This document shows, in pieces, positions 44,259 to 52,304 of a DNA stretch of 64,000 nt (positions are counted from its first letter, which is position 1; each line of letters starts with the position of its first letter). Made by a program: the position numbers and the translations under genes. The notes beneath the pieces were generated by a model. That model was not told the origin of the DNA, did not search any database, and saw only the letters and a list, made by a program, of their open reading frames with translations. The DNA is taken from the NCBI GenBank assembly GCA_964460365.1, contig CAYWPL010000002.1, positions 90,349-154,348 of the forward strand. The letters are read 5' to 3'. This DNA comes from an uncultured Candidatus Peribacteria bacterium (GTDB lineage Bacteria; Patescibacteriota; Gracilibacteria; Peribacterales; Peribacteraceae).

Positions 44259-46247
44259 ATGCCCTACTCCCCGAACCAGAAGCCCTTCAAGCTCGTCTCG
44301 CCGTTCCAGCCGACCGGCGACCAGCCAGCGGCGATCGAAAAACTCGTCAAAGGCGTGAACGCCGGCGAGAAACACCAGACGCTCCTTGGCGCCACGGGCA
44401 CGGGCAAAACCTTCACCATCGCCAATATCGTCCAGCAGGTCCAGCGTCCGACCCTGGTGCTCGCGCATAATAAGACGTTGGCCGCGCAGCTCTGCTCCGA
44501 GTTCCAGGGCTTCTTTCCGGAGAACGCCATCTCGTACTTCGTCTCGTACTACGATTACTACCAGCCCGAGGCATACGTTCCCACCACCGATACCTACATC
44601 GAGAAAGACGCGAGCATCAACGAGGAGATCGAGAAGTTCCGCCACGCTGCTACGTTCAATCTCCTCACCCGCCGCGACGTGCTGATCGTCGCGTCCGTGT
44701 CCTGTATCTACGGTCTCGGCAACGTGCAGGACTACGAGGCGCTGGCCATCAAAGTCACGCGCGGCGATCCGGTGAAGCGCGATACGTTCCTCCGCCGCCT
44801 GACCGACATCCAGTACCGCCGTTCGGGCGCGGATTTCAAGCAGGGCATGTACCACGTGCTCGGCGACACGGTCGAAGTCTTCCCGCCGGGAGGCGACACC
44901 GTCATCCGCATCGAATGTCCGTTTGATGAAGTGGAGACGATCCAGGAAGTCGACAGCTTCACGGGCGAGCTGATCAGCGAATTGCAGGAGATCATGATCT
45001 TCCCGGCCGCGCACAATGTGACGACCAAAGAGAAGATCGACCAGGCCGTGGATGGCATCAAGACCGAACTGAACGCACGCGAGAAAGAACTCCTCGCCGC
45101 CCACGAACTCGTCAAAGCCGAGCGCATTCGCCAGCGCACCGAATACGACATCGAGATGCTCAAGGAAACCGGCTACACGACCGGCATTGAGAACTACGTG
45201 CGGTATCTCAACAATCAGCCGCCCGGCACGCCGCCCTCCACGCTGCTCGATTACTTCCCCGACGATTTCCTGCTCGTGGTCGACGAGTCGCACATCTCCA
45301 TCCCGCAGGTCGGCGGCATGAGCGAGGGCAACAAGTCGCGCAAGCAGACGCTCATTGATTACGGCTTTCGTCTGCCGAGCAGCCACGACAACCGCCCGCT
45401 GCGGTTCGACGAGTTCGAGGCGCACTGCGGCCAGCGCATCTACGTGTCGGCCACGCCCGCCAAGTACGAGTACGCGCATACGGAGAAGAAGAACATCGTC
45501 GAGCAGATCATCCGCCCGACGGGCCTGATCGATCCGATCGTGACGGTCAAACCCACCAAACATCAGATCGACGACATCACGGAGGAAGTGAAGAAAACCA
45601 TCGCCGGCGGCGAGCGCGTGCTCATCACGACGCTCACCAAGAAGATGGCCGAGGACCTCACCAAGTATCTCGACGAGGCCGGCCACAAGGTCCGCTACCT
45701 GCACAGCGACGTCGAAACGCTGGAGCGCATCGAGATTCTCCGCCAGCTTCGCACGGGCGAGATCGACATCATCGTCGGTATCAACCTGCTGCGCGAAGGC
45801 CTCGACCTGCCGGAAGTGAGCTTTATCGCCATTCTCGACGCCGACAAGCAGGGCTTCCTGCGCAGCCGCGACTCGCTGATCCAGACCATCGGCCGCGCCG
45901 CCCGCAACGTCAACGGCCACGTCACGCTCTACGCCGACAAGATGAGCGATGCCATGAAGGCCGCCATGGGCGAGACGGAGCGCCGCCGCGCGATCCAGGA
46001 GGCCTACAACAAGAAGCACGGCATCACGCCCAAAACGATCATCAAGGCCGTGCATGACATCGCTGAAGAAGGCCGAAAACTGGAGCTGCGCCGTCCCAAG
46101 TACGATCACACGAAGATCCCCAGGGATGAGAAGAAACGCCTCATGGAGGAACTGGAGAAGCAGATGGAAATCGCCGCGCAGAACCTCGAATTTGAGAAGG
46201 CCGCTGACCTGCGGGATGAGGTCGAATTGCTGCGCAGGGAGCTCTGA
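44259..46247 (+). CDS. uvrB: Excinuclease ABC subunit B
   Basis: 662 aa. FKLVSPFQPTGDQPAAI, GATGTGKTFT, DESH, and a C-terminal UVR domain (FEKAADLRDE). Confidence 0.95.
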   Translation: MPYSPNQKPFKLVSPFQPTGDQPAAIEKLVKGVNAGEKHQTLLGATGTGKTFTIANIVQQVQRPTLVLAHNKTLAAQLCSEFQGFFPENAISYFVSYYDYYQPEAYVPTTDTYIEKDASINEEIEKFRHAATFNLLTRRDVLIVASVSCIYGLGNVQDYEALAIKVTRGDPVKRDTFLRRLTDIQYRRSGADFKQGMYHVLGDTVEVFPPGGDTVIRIECPFDEVETIQEVDSFTGELISELQEIMIFPAAHNVTTKEKIDQAVDGIKTELNAREKELLAAHELVKAERIRQRTEYDIEMLKETGYTTGIENYVRYLNNQPPGTPPSTLLDYFPDDFLLVVDESHISIPQVGGMSEGNKSRKQTLIDYGFRLPSSHDNRPLRFDEFEAHCGQRIYVSATPAKYEYAHTEKKNIVEQIIRPTGLIDPIVTVKPTKHQIDDITEEVKKTIAGGERVLITTLTKKMAEDLTKYLDEAGHKVRYLHSDVETLERIEILRQLRTGEIDIIVGINLLREGLDLPEVSFIAILDADKQGFLRSRDSLIQTIGRAARNVNGHVTLYADKMSDAMKAAMGETERRRAIQEAYNKKHGITPKTIIKAVHDIAEEGRKLELRRPKYDHTKIPRDEKKRLMEELEKQMEIAAQNLEFEKAADLRDEVELLRREL

Positions 46248-46274
46248 TCGCTCCGGGAATCTGTGAGATGCATC

Positions 46275-46305
46275 AAAAAGAGCATGGCCGGGTCCGCCTC
46301 TTTTT
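46275..46305. terminator. Bidirectional terminator between uvrB and galU
   Basis: aaaaagag-catggccgggtccgc-ctcttttt: a hairpin with an A-run on one side and a T-run on the other, between the two convergent stops. Confidence 0.55.
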
Positions 46306-46353
46306 GTTCCCCGTGTCGGCCTCCTTCGCATCCATCCCGTGTTGTGGCCTGCT

Positions 46354-47190
46354 TTAACCGAGAACTTTCACCGCGTGTTTGTAGCCTTCGGGCGTGCCGG
46401 TATCCAGACGCTCGCCGGTGAAGACGCAGCCGTAGATCTCCAGATGCTTGCGTTCGGCGATCAGCGCGTCGATCAGGCGCACCTCTCCGTCCTTGGTGCC
46501 CTTTTCGATTTTTTCGAGCGAGGCGAACAGAGATTTGGGGATCAGATACTTTCCGACGATGCCCAGGTTGCTCGGTGCGTCCTCGGGCTTGGGCTTTTCC
46601 ACCAACCCCTTCACGCGGCGCACGTCGGATGTCTTCCCCTTATGCGTCCAGGTCTTATCCAGTTCCACGATGCCGTACTTATGGATGAGCGAGCGTTCGA
46701 TCTCCTGCAGGCAGAGCATCGCCGCCTTGCCGCCGCGCGTCGTGTCGCGCATCGCCGCGGTCAGCTGTTGCAGGCCGTTCTGCTTTCCCACAATCAGATC
46801 ATCACCGAAAAGGATCGCCACCATCTCGCTCTCCACCCACTCGCGCGCCTGCAGCAGCGCGTGCCCGTCGCCTTTCATCTCCTCCTGATACGCGACATGG
46901 AAATTCACGGTGCCGTAGCGCGACAATTCCTCCAGCATGTGGAGCTTGCCGCGGGTCGCCAGTTCTTTCTCCAGTTCCGGCATTTCGTAAAAATACTGGG
47001 GAATCGCCTCCTTTCCACGGCTGATGACGAAGCAGATATCCTTGATGCCCACCGAGAGACATTCGTCTACGAGCAGGGCGATGATGGGCTGATTACCAAT
47101 CGGGAGCAGTTCCTTGGGAACCACCTTGGTCCACGGCAGGAAGCGCGTTCCAAGGCCGGCGACGGGCAAAATTGCCTGGGTGAGCTGCAT
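46354..47190 (-). CDS. galU: UTP-glucose-1-phosphate uridylyltransferase
   Basis: ORF to 47298; ATG 47190 gives MQLTQAILPVAGLGTRFLPWTKVVPKELLPI, the GalU signature. Confidence 0.9.
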   Translation of the reverse strand: MQLTQAILPVAGLGTRFLPWTKVVPKELLPIGNQPIIALLVDECLSVGIKDICFVISRGKEAIPQYFYEMPELEKELATRGKLHMLEELSRYGTVNFHVAYQEEMKGDGHALLQAREWVESEMVAILFGDDLIVGKQNGLQQLTAAMRDTTRGGKAAMLCLQEIERSLIHKYGIVELDKTWTHKGKTSDVRRVKGLVEKPKPEDAPSNLGIVGKYLIPKSLFASLEKIEKGTKDGEVRLIDALIAERKHLEIYGCVFTGERLDTGTPEGYKHAVKVLG

Positions 47191-47303
47191 GTGGGGAAAG
47201 TGGGACGGGAAAGCGGTTTCCGCAGTATACGGACAGGGGTCTTTTTTGACAAACGATTCAGAATTTACTACAATACAGGCGAAACACTTTCCCAACACAC
47301 ACC

Positions 47304-47666
47304 ATGAGTCGCGCGAACAACGCCCTCGCCAGGGTCCAGAATCTGTATGTGATGCAAAGCAAATTGCTGCATCTTCTGGAGAGCGAACTCGATCTCAGCA
47401 ACCCCGATGTGCGCCGCGAGGTGCGGGGCAGCATGAAAGAATTTGAGGAGCTCCTCTCCAAGGCCGACTGGCGGTACATGGGCGGCATGGACGTGTGGGA
47501 GACGCTGAAGAGTCTCCCAGCCGAGATGAGCCAGAAGCTCAAGGCCAGCGCGACCGCACTGCCGAAGCGCCGCCTCAAGGCCGCAGTCTCTTCCAAGCGC
47601 GCCGTGGTGAAGGCGAAGAAATCGAAACCAGTGAAGAAGGCGGGCGGCAAAAAGAAAAAGAAGTGA
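47304..47666 (+). CDS. Small hypothetical protein with Lys-rich (histone H1-like) tail
   Basis: 120 aa. Helical N-part; the tail KRRLKAAVSSKRAVVKAKKSKPVKKAGGKKKKK. Confidence 0.6.
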   Translation: MSRANNALARVQNLYVMQSKLLHLLESELDLSNPDVRREVRGSMKEFEELLSKADWRYMGGMDVWETLKSLPAEMSQKLKASATALPKRRLKAAVSSKRAVVKAKKSKPVKKAGGKKKKK

Positions 47667-47742
47667 CGAGTGAAAGAACTCAAAGAGCGGAAGCGCTGAA
47701 AAGTATCAGGCTCCCTTGGGTTCTTTGACTTTTCGTCGCCCC

Positions 47743-48153
47743 TCAGGCGTCGTTGATTTTCACGATCTTCACTTTCTCTTCCTTCGGGATGATCACCTTG
47801 AGGATGCATTCTTTGTTGAAGGTCGCGCGGACTTTTTTGGGATCGATCGAGACGGGCAGTGTGACGCTGCGGGAGAACGGACCCCAGAAACACTCCTGCA
47901 GATAATACTGCTGCGAGGGGATCATATCGGTCTGACGGCGCGAGCCGCGGATCGTGAGCACGTTGTCGCTCACCTCGATATCCAGGTCGCTCAGGCGCAC
48001 GCCGGCGATGGGTGCCTTGATGATGTAGTACTCGTCCTGCTCGTAGATATCGACGGCCACGCGGCCGATCTGCGAGCCCGTCTGCTGCTGCGCGCCCGCC
48101 GGCGGGGGAACGGATGCCGGACCGTTGGAGTCATCCTGGTTGAACGCGAACAT
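47743..48153 (-). CDS. Hsp20/alpha-crystallin small heat-shock protein
   Basis: ORF to 48357, but its N-terminal third is not coding-like. ATG 48153 (MFAFNQDD) is preceded by AGGAGGGGAAGGG; alternative ATG at 48216. ACD: VAVDIYEQDEYYIIKAPIAGVRLSDLDIEVSDNVLTIRG...FSRSVTLPVSID...ATFNKECILKVIIPK. Confidence 0.85.
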   Translation of the reverse strand: MFAFNQDDSNGPASVPPPAGAQQQTGSQIGRVAVDIYEQDEYYIIKAPIAGVRLSDLDIEVSDNVLTIRGSRRQTDMIPSQQYYLQECFWGPFSRSVTLPVSIDPKKVRATFNKECILKVIIPKEEKVKIVKINDA

Positions 48154-48560
48154 GTTCTTACCCTTCCCCTCCTGGTTCAGAGCGCTGAAGATGCCGTGGA
48201 ATGGTGATCCACCCATGGACAAAAGTGTACAAAAATGGCTTTGATCCTGCAAAAAGTCGATGTGGCGTCCCGTGGGAATGATTGCCTGCTGGTTCTTTCG
48301 TTGTTCTGGCCGTACTTCTCCCTGTGGCCGCTTGCGCGGACATGATTTCCGCAGCATTTATCAGGGGTCGCAAGTGGCAAGGCGCCGACCTTCCTCCGGG
48401 AGACTTGCCCGGTTCAAACAAGTGAGTACAATGCCTCCCGCCTGCAAGGAACCGTTGAGCGGCACCCCCACAGCGGACTCCGGTTCGCGGGCCTCGTCAC
48501 TCTACTTCTCACACCCTTCGCCAGGGAGAGCGCGGGGTAAGCACTTCCACTCCATCCGTT

Positions 48561-48785
48561 ATGTCCACCGCCCAGCTGAAGAACGCGATCCGCCGCCTGC
48601 GGTTCGAGCGCAATATGACGCAGGAAGAACTCGCGCTCCGTACCGGAGTCAGCCGCCAGACGATCATGTCGATCGAGCGCGGCCGCACGAATCCGTCAGT
48701 CCTCCTCGCCTACAAAATCGCTGCTGCCCTGGAGTCCGAAGTCACGGAGGTCTTCATGATGGAAGGAAAGCTGGCCCCGGTCTGA
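48561..48785 (+). CDS. XRE-family helix-turn-helix transcriptional regulator
   Basis: 74 aa. RFERNMTQEELALRTGVSRQTIMSIERGRTNPSVLLAYKIAAAL. Confidence 0.85.
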   Translation: MSTAQLKNAIRRLRFERNMTQEELALRTGVSRQTIMSIERGRTNPSVLLAYKIAAALESEVTEVFMMEGKLAPV

Positions 48786-48823
48786 AGCCGCGTCCGTGAT
48801 CCTTGCGCCCGCCGCACACGGTC

Positions 48824-50572
48824 TTACGCCGAGGCCTTCTCTGGCGATGCTGTGCCGACGGGTTTCTTCTCCGGAACCGCGATGCGGATATCGTCAATCA
48901 CAATCTGGACTTGCCGCGCGTCGCGCCAGGTGTCGATGCCAAGGTGGCACGCGATATCCACCAGGGCGTTCAGATGTGTCAGCAGATGACCGAGACGGAA
49001 GCCGATGGCTTTGCTGCGGCCGACACGCGCCTGCAGATGCGAGGCGTCGCGTCCCACCGCGCGCGGCTCATCGAGGCGGGTATTCCGTAGTAGGAAGCGC
49101 GGAGCGGGGTTCCCCTGCCCCACGGGCTCCAGTTCCAGCAGGCGTTCGCACAGCGGGAGCGTGAGGTGCGCGATATCCACGCATGCGTCGATGGCCAGGC
49201 GCGGGAGCAGATCATCTTCATCCACCGACGCCTCCACGTCGGTGGCGAGGCGGTCGCGCAGGGCGTCGAACGCGGCGACGGGGAATGTGCAGCCTGCAGC
49301 CATCGCGTGCCCGCCGAAGGATGTGAGCAAATCGGCGGCACGGCGGAGTCCCGTGGTGACGTTGTACGAGGGAATCCCGCGCAGCGATGCCGTGCACTGT
49401 CCGCCGCGTTCATGCGCGATGAGCACGGGACGTCCCGTCTTCTCGCAGAGTTTCCCGGCGATGAGTCCGCAGATGCCGGGCTGATAGCGTTCATCGCGCA
49501 GACACACGAATGCCGACGGCAATGCCGCAGCGCGAGCGAGCGCCTCGTCCATCAGCGCCGCCACTGTGTCCTGCCGCTCGCGGTTGAGTTGTTCCAGGTG
49601 CGCGGCAGCCGCCTGATCGCCAAGCAGCGCGTTGAGCGCGATCGCGGGTTCGGCCATCCGGCCTGCGGCGTTGAGGCGCGGAGCCAGACGAAACGCAACG
49701 TCCTGGCTGGACACGGGTCCGGCTGGGATCTCGGCTTGCATGCGCAGGAAGCCGAGCGGTCCGCGATCCAGCCGCGAGAGACTGATGAGCCCGCGATGCA
49801 CCAGCGTTCTGTTCGGGCCTTGCAGCGGCACGAGGTCCGCGATCGTCCCGATGGCGGCCAGCGCGAGATCCGTCTCGCGGTCCTCCCAGTCATCGCCGTG
49901 CTCCAGCGTCTCCAGTGCCCGCACAACGCTCCAGGCGATGCCTGCCGCCGCTGGATGCGGCTCGGGGAAACCCGGCGCCAGCGCGGGATGCAGCAGCGCG
50001 TGCGCGACCGGCAATTCCGCGGGCACCGTGTGGTGGTCGAGTACGATGACGTCGATGCCGAGTGTCGCGGCTTCGGCGATCTCGCGCTCCGCGGTGATGC
50101 CCGTGTCCACGGTGATCAGCAGGGTCACGCCCGCTTTTTTGAAATCATGGACGGCGCCGCTCTTCAATCCGTAGCCGTCATGCAGGCGATGGGGCAGGCG
50201 CACGACCGGCTCGATTCCCCGCCGCCGGAGCATGCGCATGAGGAGCGCCGCGCCGGTGATACCATCGCAGTCGTAATCGCCGAAGACGCCGATCGTTTCC
50301 TTCGTCTTCACCGCCGCGCGGATGCGTGTCAGCGCGCGGTCCAGATCGGGGAAGAGCGACGCGTCGGGGCCGAACTCTTCCGGGATCAGGCCGACCGGGA
50401 GCGCATCGATCCCGCGCTGGTCCAGCAGGTGATTCAGCAGTGCCTCGTCGCGGTCGCGCGCCGCCATGGGCAGCGCTCCACGCAGGTCCGCGCCGAGCAC
50501 CCAGCGCTTGCCGGTGAGCGATAACGTATGCACCGGGCTACGGTACCAGACCGGCTTGGCACCCACGATCAA
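48824..50572 (-). CDS. recJ: Single-stranded-DNA-specific exonuclease RecJ
   Basis: 582 aa. DHH family motifs: GVFGDYDCDGITGAALL, VDTGI, VLDHH, FGGHAMAAG. The start is uncertain. Confidence 0.9.
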   Translation of the reverse strand: MIVGAKPVWYRSPVHTLSLTGKRWVLGADLRGALPMAARDRDEALLNHLLDQRGIDALPVGLIPEEFGPDASLFPDLDRALTRIRAAVKTKETIGVFGDYDCDGITGAALLMRMLRRRGIEPVVRLPHRLHDGYGLKSGAVHDFKKAGVTLLITVDTGITAEREIAEAATLGIDVIVLDHHTVPAELPVAHALLHPALAPGFPEPHPAAAGIAWSVVRALETLEHGDDWEDRETDLALAAIGTIADLVPLQGPNRTLVHRGLISLSRLDRGPLGFLRMQAEIPAGPVSSQDVAFRLAPRLNAAGRMAEPAIALNALLGDQAAAAHLEQLNRERQDTVAALMDEALARAAALPSAFVCLRDERYQPGICGLIAGKLCEKTGRPVLIAHERGGQCTASLRGIPSYNVTTGLRRAADLLTSFGGHAMAAGCTFPVAAFDALRDRLATDVEASVDEDDLLPRLAIDACVDIAHLTLPLCERLLELEPVGQGNPAPRFLLRNTRLDEPRAVGRDASHLQARVGRSKAIGFRLGHLLTHLNALVDIACHLGIDTWRDARQVQIVIDDIRIAVPEKKPVGTASPEKASA

Positions 50573-50649
50573 GAAGGCCGCCGCGTCGGCGCATCAGTCA
50601 TCCAGGGGCTTCCGTCAGCGCTTTAGGTGGTTCCGTGCCTGTCCGGGAC

Positions 50650-51222
50650 TCAGCCGATGCGCAGGATCGTGATCAGGCGGTCGCGCCGCGCGCGCCAGAT
50701 CGTCCAGCCCACCGCGCCGAGCATCACGAGAATAGTGGCGGACTCAGCTGGTCCGGTGCCCGACAGGGGCGCGCCGGAGTGGAGAGCGGTCGATTGCAGA
50801 ATCTGTTGCCGGGCGGCGAGCTGGTAGGCCTGCTCAGCCCGTGCGTTCTGAAGGCGCCGTAGGAAGCGGGCCGTTGCAGGGTCCATGTCCACGCTCCAGA
50901 GAATCTTGTCGGCCGTGGCAGGACTGTCATCGCCGGGAGCCGAGCCGTGCAGGGTATCGTTATCGGTGCCCGCCGGCGTTCCCGCCGTGGAACTCGACGA
51001 ACCGGCTGTGCCATAGTCCGCGATCGTGGATGGGTGGTTCTGCTCGTTCTGCTGATGTTGCTGCCGTGCCGTCTCCTGCGCCGCACGGGGGCTGCGGGGG
51101 ACAAGCTGGGCGTTCTGATCGCGCAGCAGCACGTCCTCAGGTTGCAGATACTGCGCGCCTGCCGTCAGTGGAGTGAGGCTGATGATGAGGGCCAGAGCGG
51201 AGAATGTGAGACGACGCATCAT
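50650..51222 (-). CDS. Secreted protein with C-terminal TM anchor and basic tail, operon B gene 4
   Basis: ORF to 51348; ATG 51222 gives MMRRLTFSALALIISLTPLTAGA (signal peptide). Gln/Ser/Thr-rich low-complexity middle. C-terminus PLSGTGPAESATILVMLGAVGWTIWRARRD. Confidence 0.7.
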   Translation of the reverse strand: MMRRLTFSALALIISLTPLTAGAQYLQPEDVLLRDQNAQLVPRSPRAAQETARQQHQQNEQNHPSTIADYGTAGSSSSTAGTPAGTDNDTLHGSAPGDDSPATADKILWSVDMDPATARFLRRLQNARAEQAYQLAARQQILQSTALHSGAPLSGTGPAESATILVMLGAVGWTIWRARRDRLITILRIG

Positions 51223-51247
51223 GACATTATACAGAAAAAATTGACTG

Positions 51248-52276
51248 TTAACAAGTCGCCTTCTCCGAGAGGAGGCAGTCGTAGTACTCCTGGTGATCCA
51301 GAACGCCGTCCTCATCCGTGTCGATTTTCCGCGGGTCGGTTTCGCCATTGTCGACGCTGCCGCTCAGGTTGCGGTCCTCGCCCTCCCAACGCTTGAAGGG
51401 CAGGTTGAGACACGTGTTACCCGTGTTGTCGGAACAGATGCGCTGCGTGCTTCGCACTTCGCAGTAGCCGTCGCAGAGGCCGTCGCTGTCGCTGTCTTTC
51501 TTGGTCGGATCTGTTTCGCCGACATTGAGGATGCCGTTGCGGTTCTTGTCCTCAATGCCGTCGATCAGGCCGTCGTGGTCGGTGTCGCGGACGCGCGGGT
51601 CGCTGTGCAGGCTGAAAATCTCGTAGTCATCACGCACGCCGTCCCGGTCCGTATCAGCTCGCAGCGGGTTGGTCCGGTGCCGCTTCTCCAGCTGATCGTT
51701 CAATCCGTCGCCGTCCGGATCCAGGCCGACGGCGAGCGGCAATTCGCTCATCACGTAGCACGTCATGCCCGGCTTGAAGATTTCCAGCTGATGACGGATG
51801 ACGCCGCTGACGGGGCGCTGGTCCAGTTCCGCCTGCGTGGGCGGATTGAAAATCGTGAACGGTGTCTCGGCCAGGATTTTGGCGCGGAGACGCGCGGCGC
51901 GCTCACCTTCGGACAGGAAGACTTTGCCGGGCAGCGTGCCGCTCTGCGGCGGATTGGTCGGATCATCCGATGCGAAGCAATACCCCCAGTACCGCACGGT
52001 CCTCGCCGGGCGTCCGAACAGCGTCTCACGCGTGACGGGAGCCATGGTGCCCGGCAGATGGAGGAACACATGGGTCTTGGCGGGGATCGTCGCTCCGGTG
52101 GAGACCATATCCGCTGTGACCGTCTTCCACATTTCCTGCTCCTGGGGCTTCGGAATGACGATGGCCGTGAGGCCCGCCCCGTCTCCGGGCGCGTATGTCG
52201 CCACCATCATCCACGCGTAGGCCGCGGAGAGAAGAGTGAACGCGCAGTGGAGGAACGTGGAGCGACGCGTATGCAT
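51248..52276 (-). CDS. Membrane-anchored protein with thrombospondin type-3-like calcium-binding repeats, operon B gene 3
   Basis: ORF to 52375; ATG 52276 gives MHTRRSTFLHCAFTLLSAAYAWMMVA. Five DxDxDG-type repeats (DPDGDGLND, DTDRDGVRDD, DTDHDGLIDG, DSDSDGLCDG, DTDEDGVLD). Confidence 0.8.
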   Translation of the reverse strand: MHTRRSTFLHCAFTLLSAAYAWMMVATYAPGDGAGLTAIVIPKPQEQEMWKTVTADMVSTGATIPAKTHVFLHLPGTMAPVTRETLFGRPARTVRYWGYCFASDDPTNPPQSGTLPGKVFLSEGERAARLRAKILAETPFTIFNPPTQAELDQRPVSGVIRHQLEIFKPGMTCYVMSELPLAVGLDPDGDGLNDQLEKRHRTNPLRADTDRDGVRDDYEIFSLHSDPRVRDTDHDGLIDGIEDKNRNGILNVGETDPTKKDSDSDGLCDGYCEVRSTQRICSDNTGNTCLNLPFKRWEGEDRNLSGSVDNGETDPRKIDTDEDGVLDHQEYYDCLLSEKATC

Positions 52277-52304
52277 GGAATCAGGAACAAGGAATCGATC
52301 CCGC

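Noticed and set aside
44178-46331. 717-aa ORF antisense to uvrB
   Set aside because: uvrB on the plus strand is unambiguous. The antisense product is low-complexity Arg/Ala/Leu/Gly-rich with no motif.
48154-48357. Long form (204 aa) of the Hsp20 gene
   Set aside because: The first ~47 codons (MLRKSCPRKRPQGEVRPEQRKNQQ...) are not coding-like. Starts at 48216 or 48153 give normal sHSP N-terminal arm lengths.
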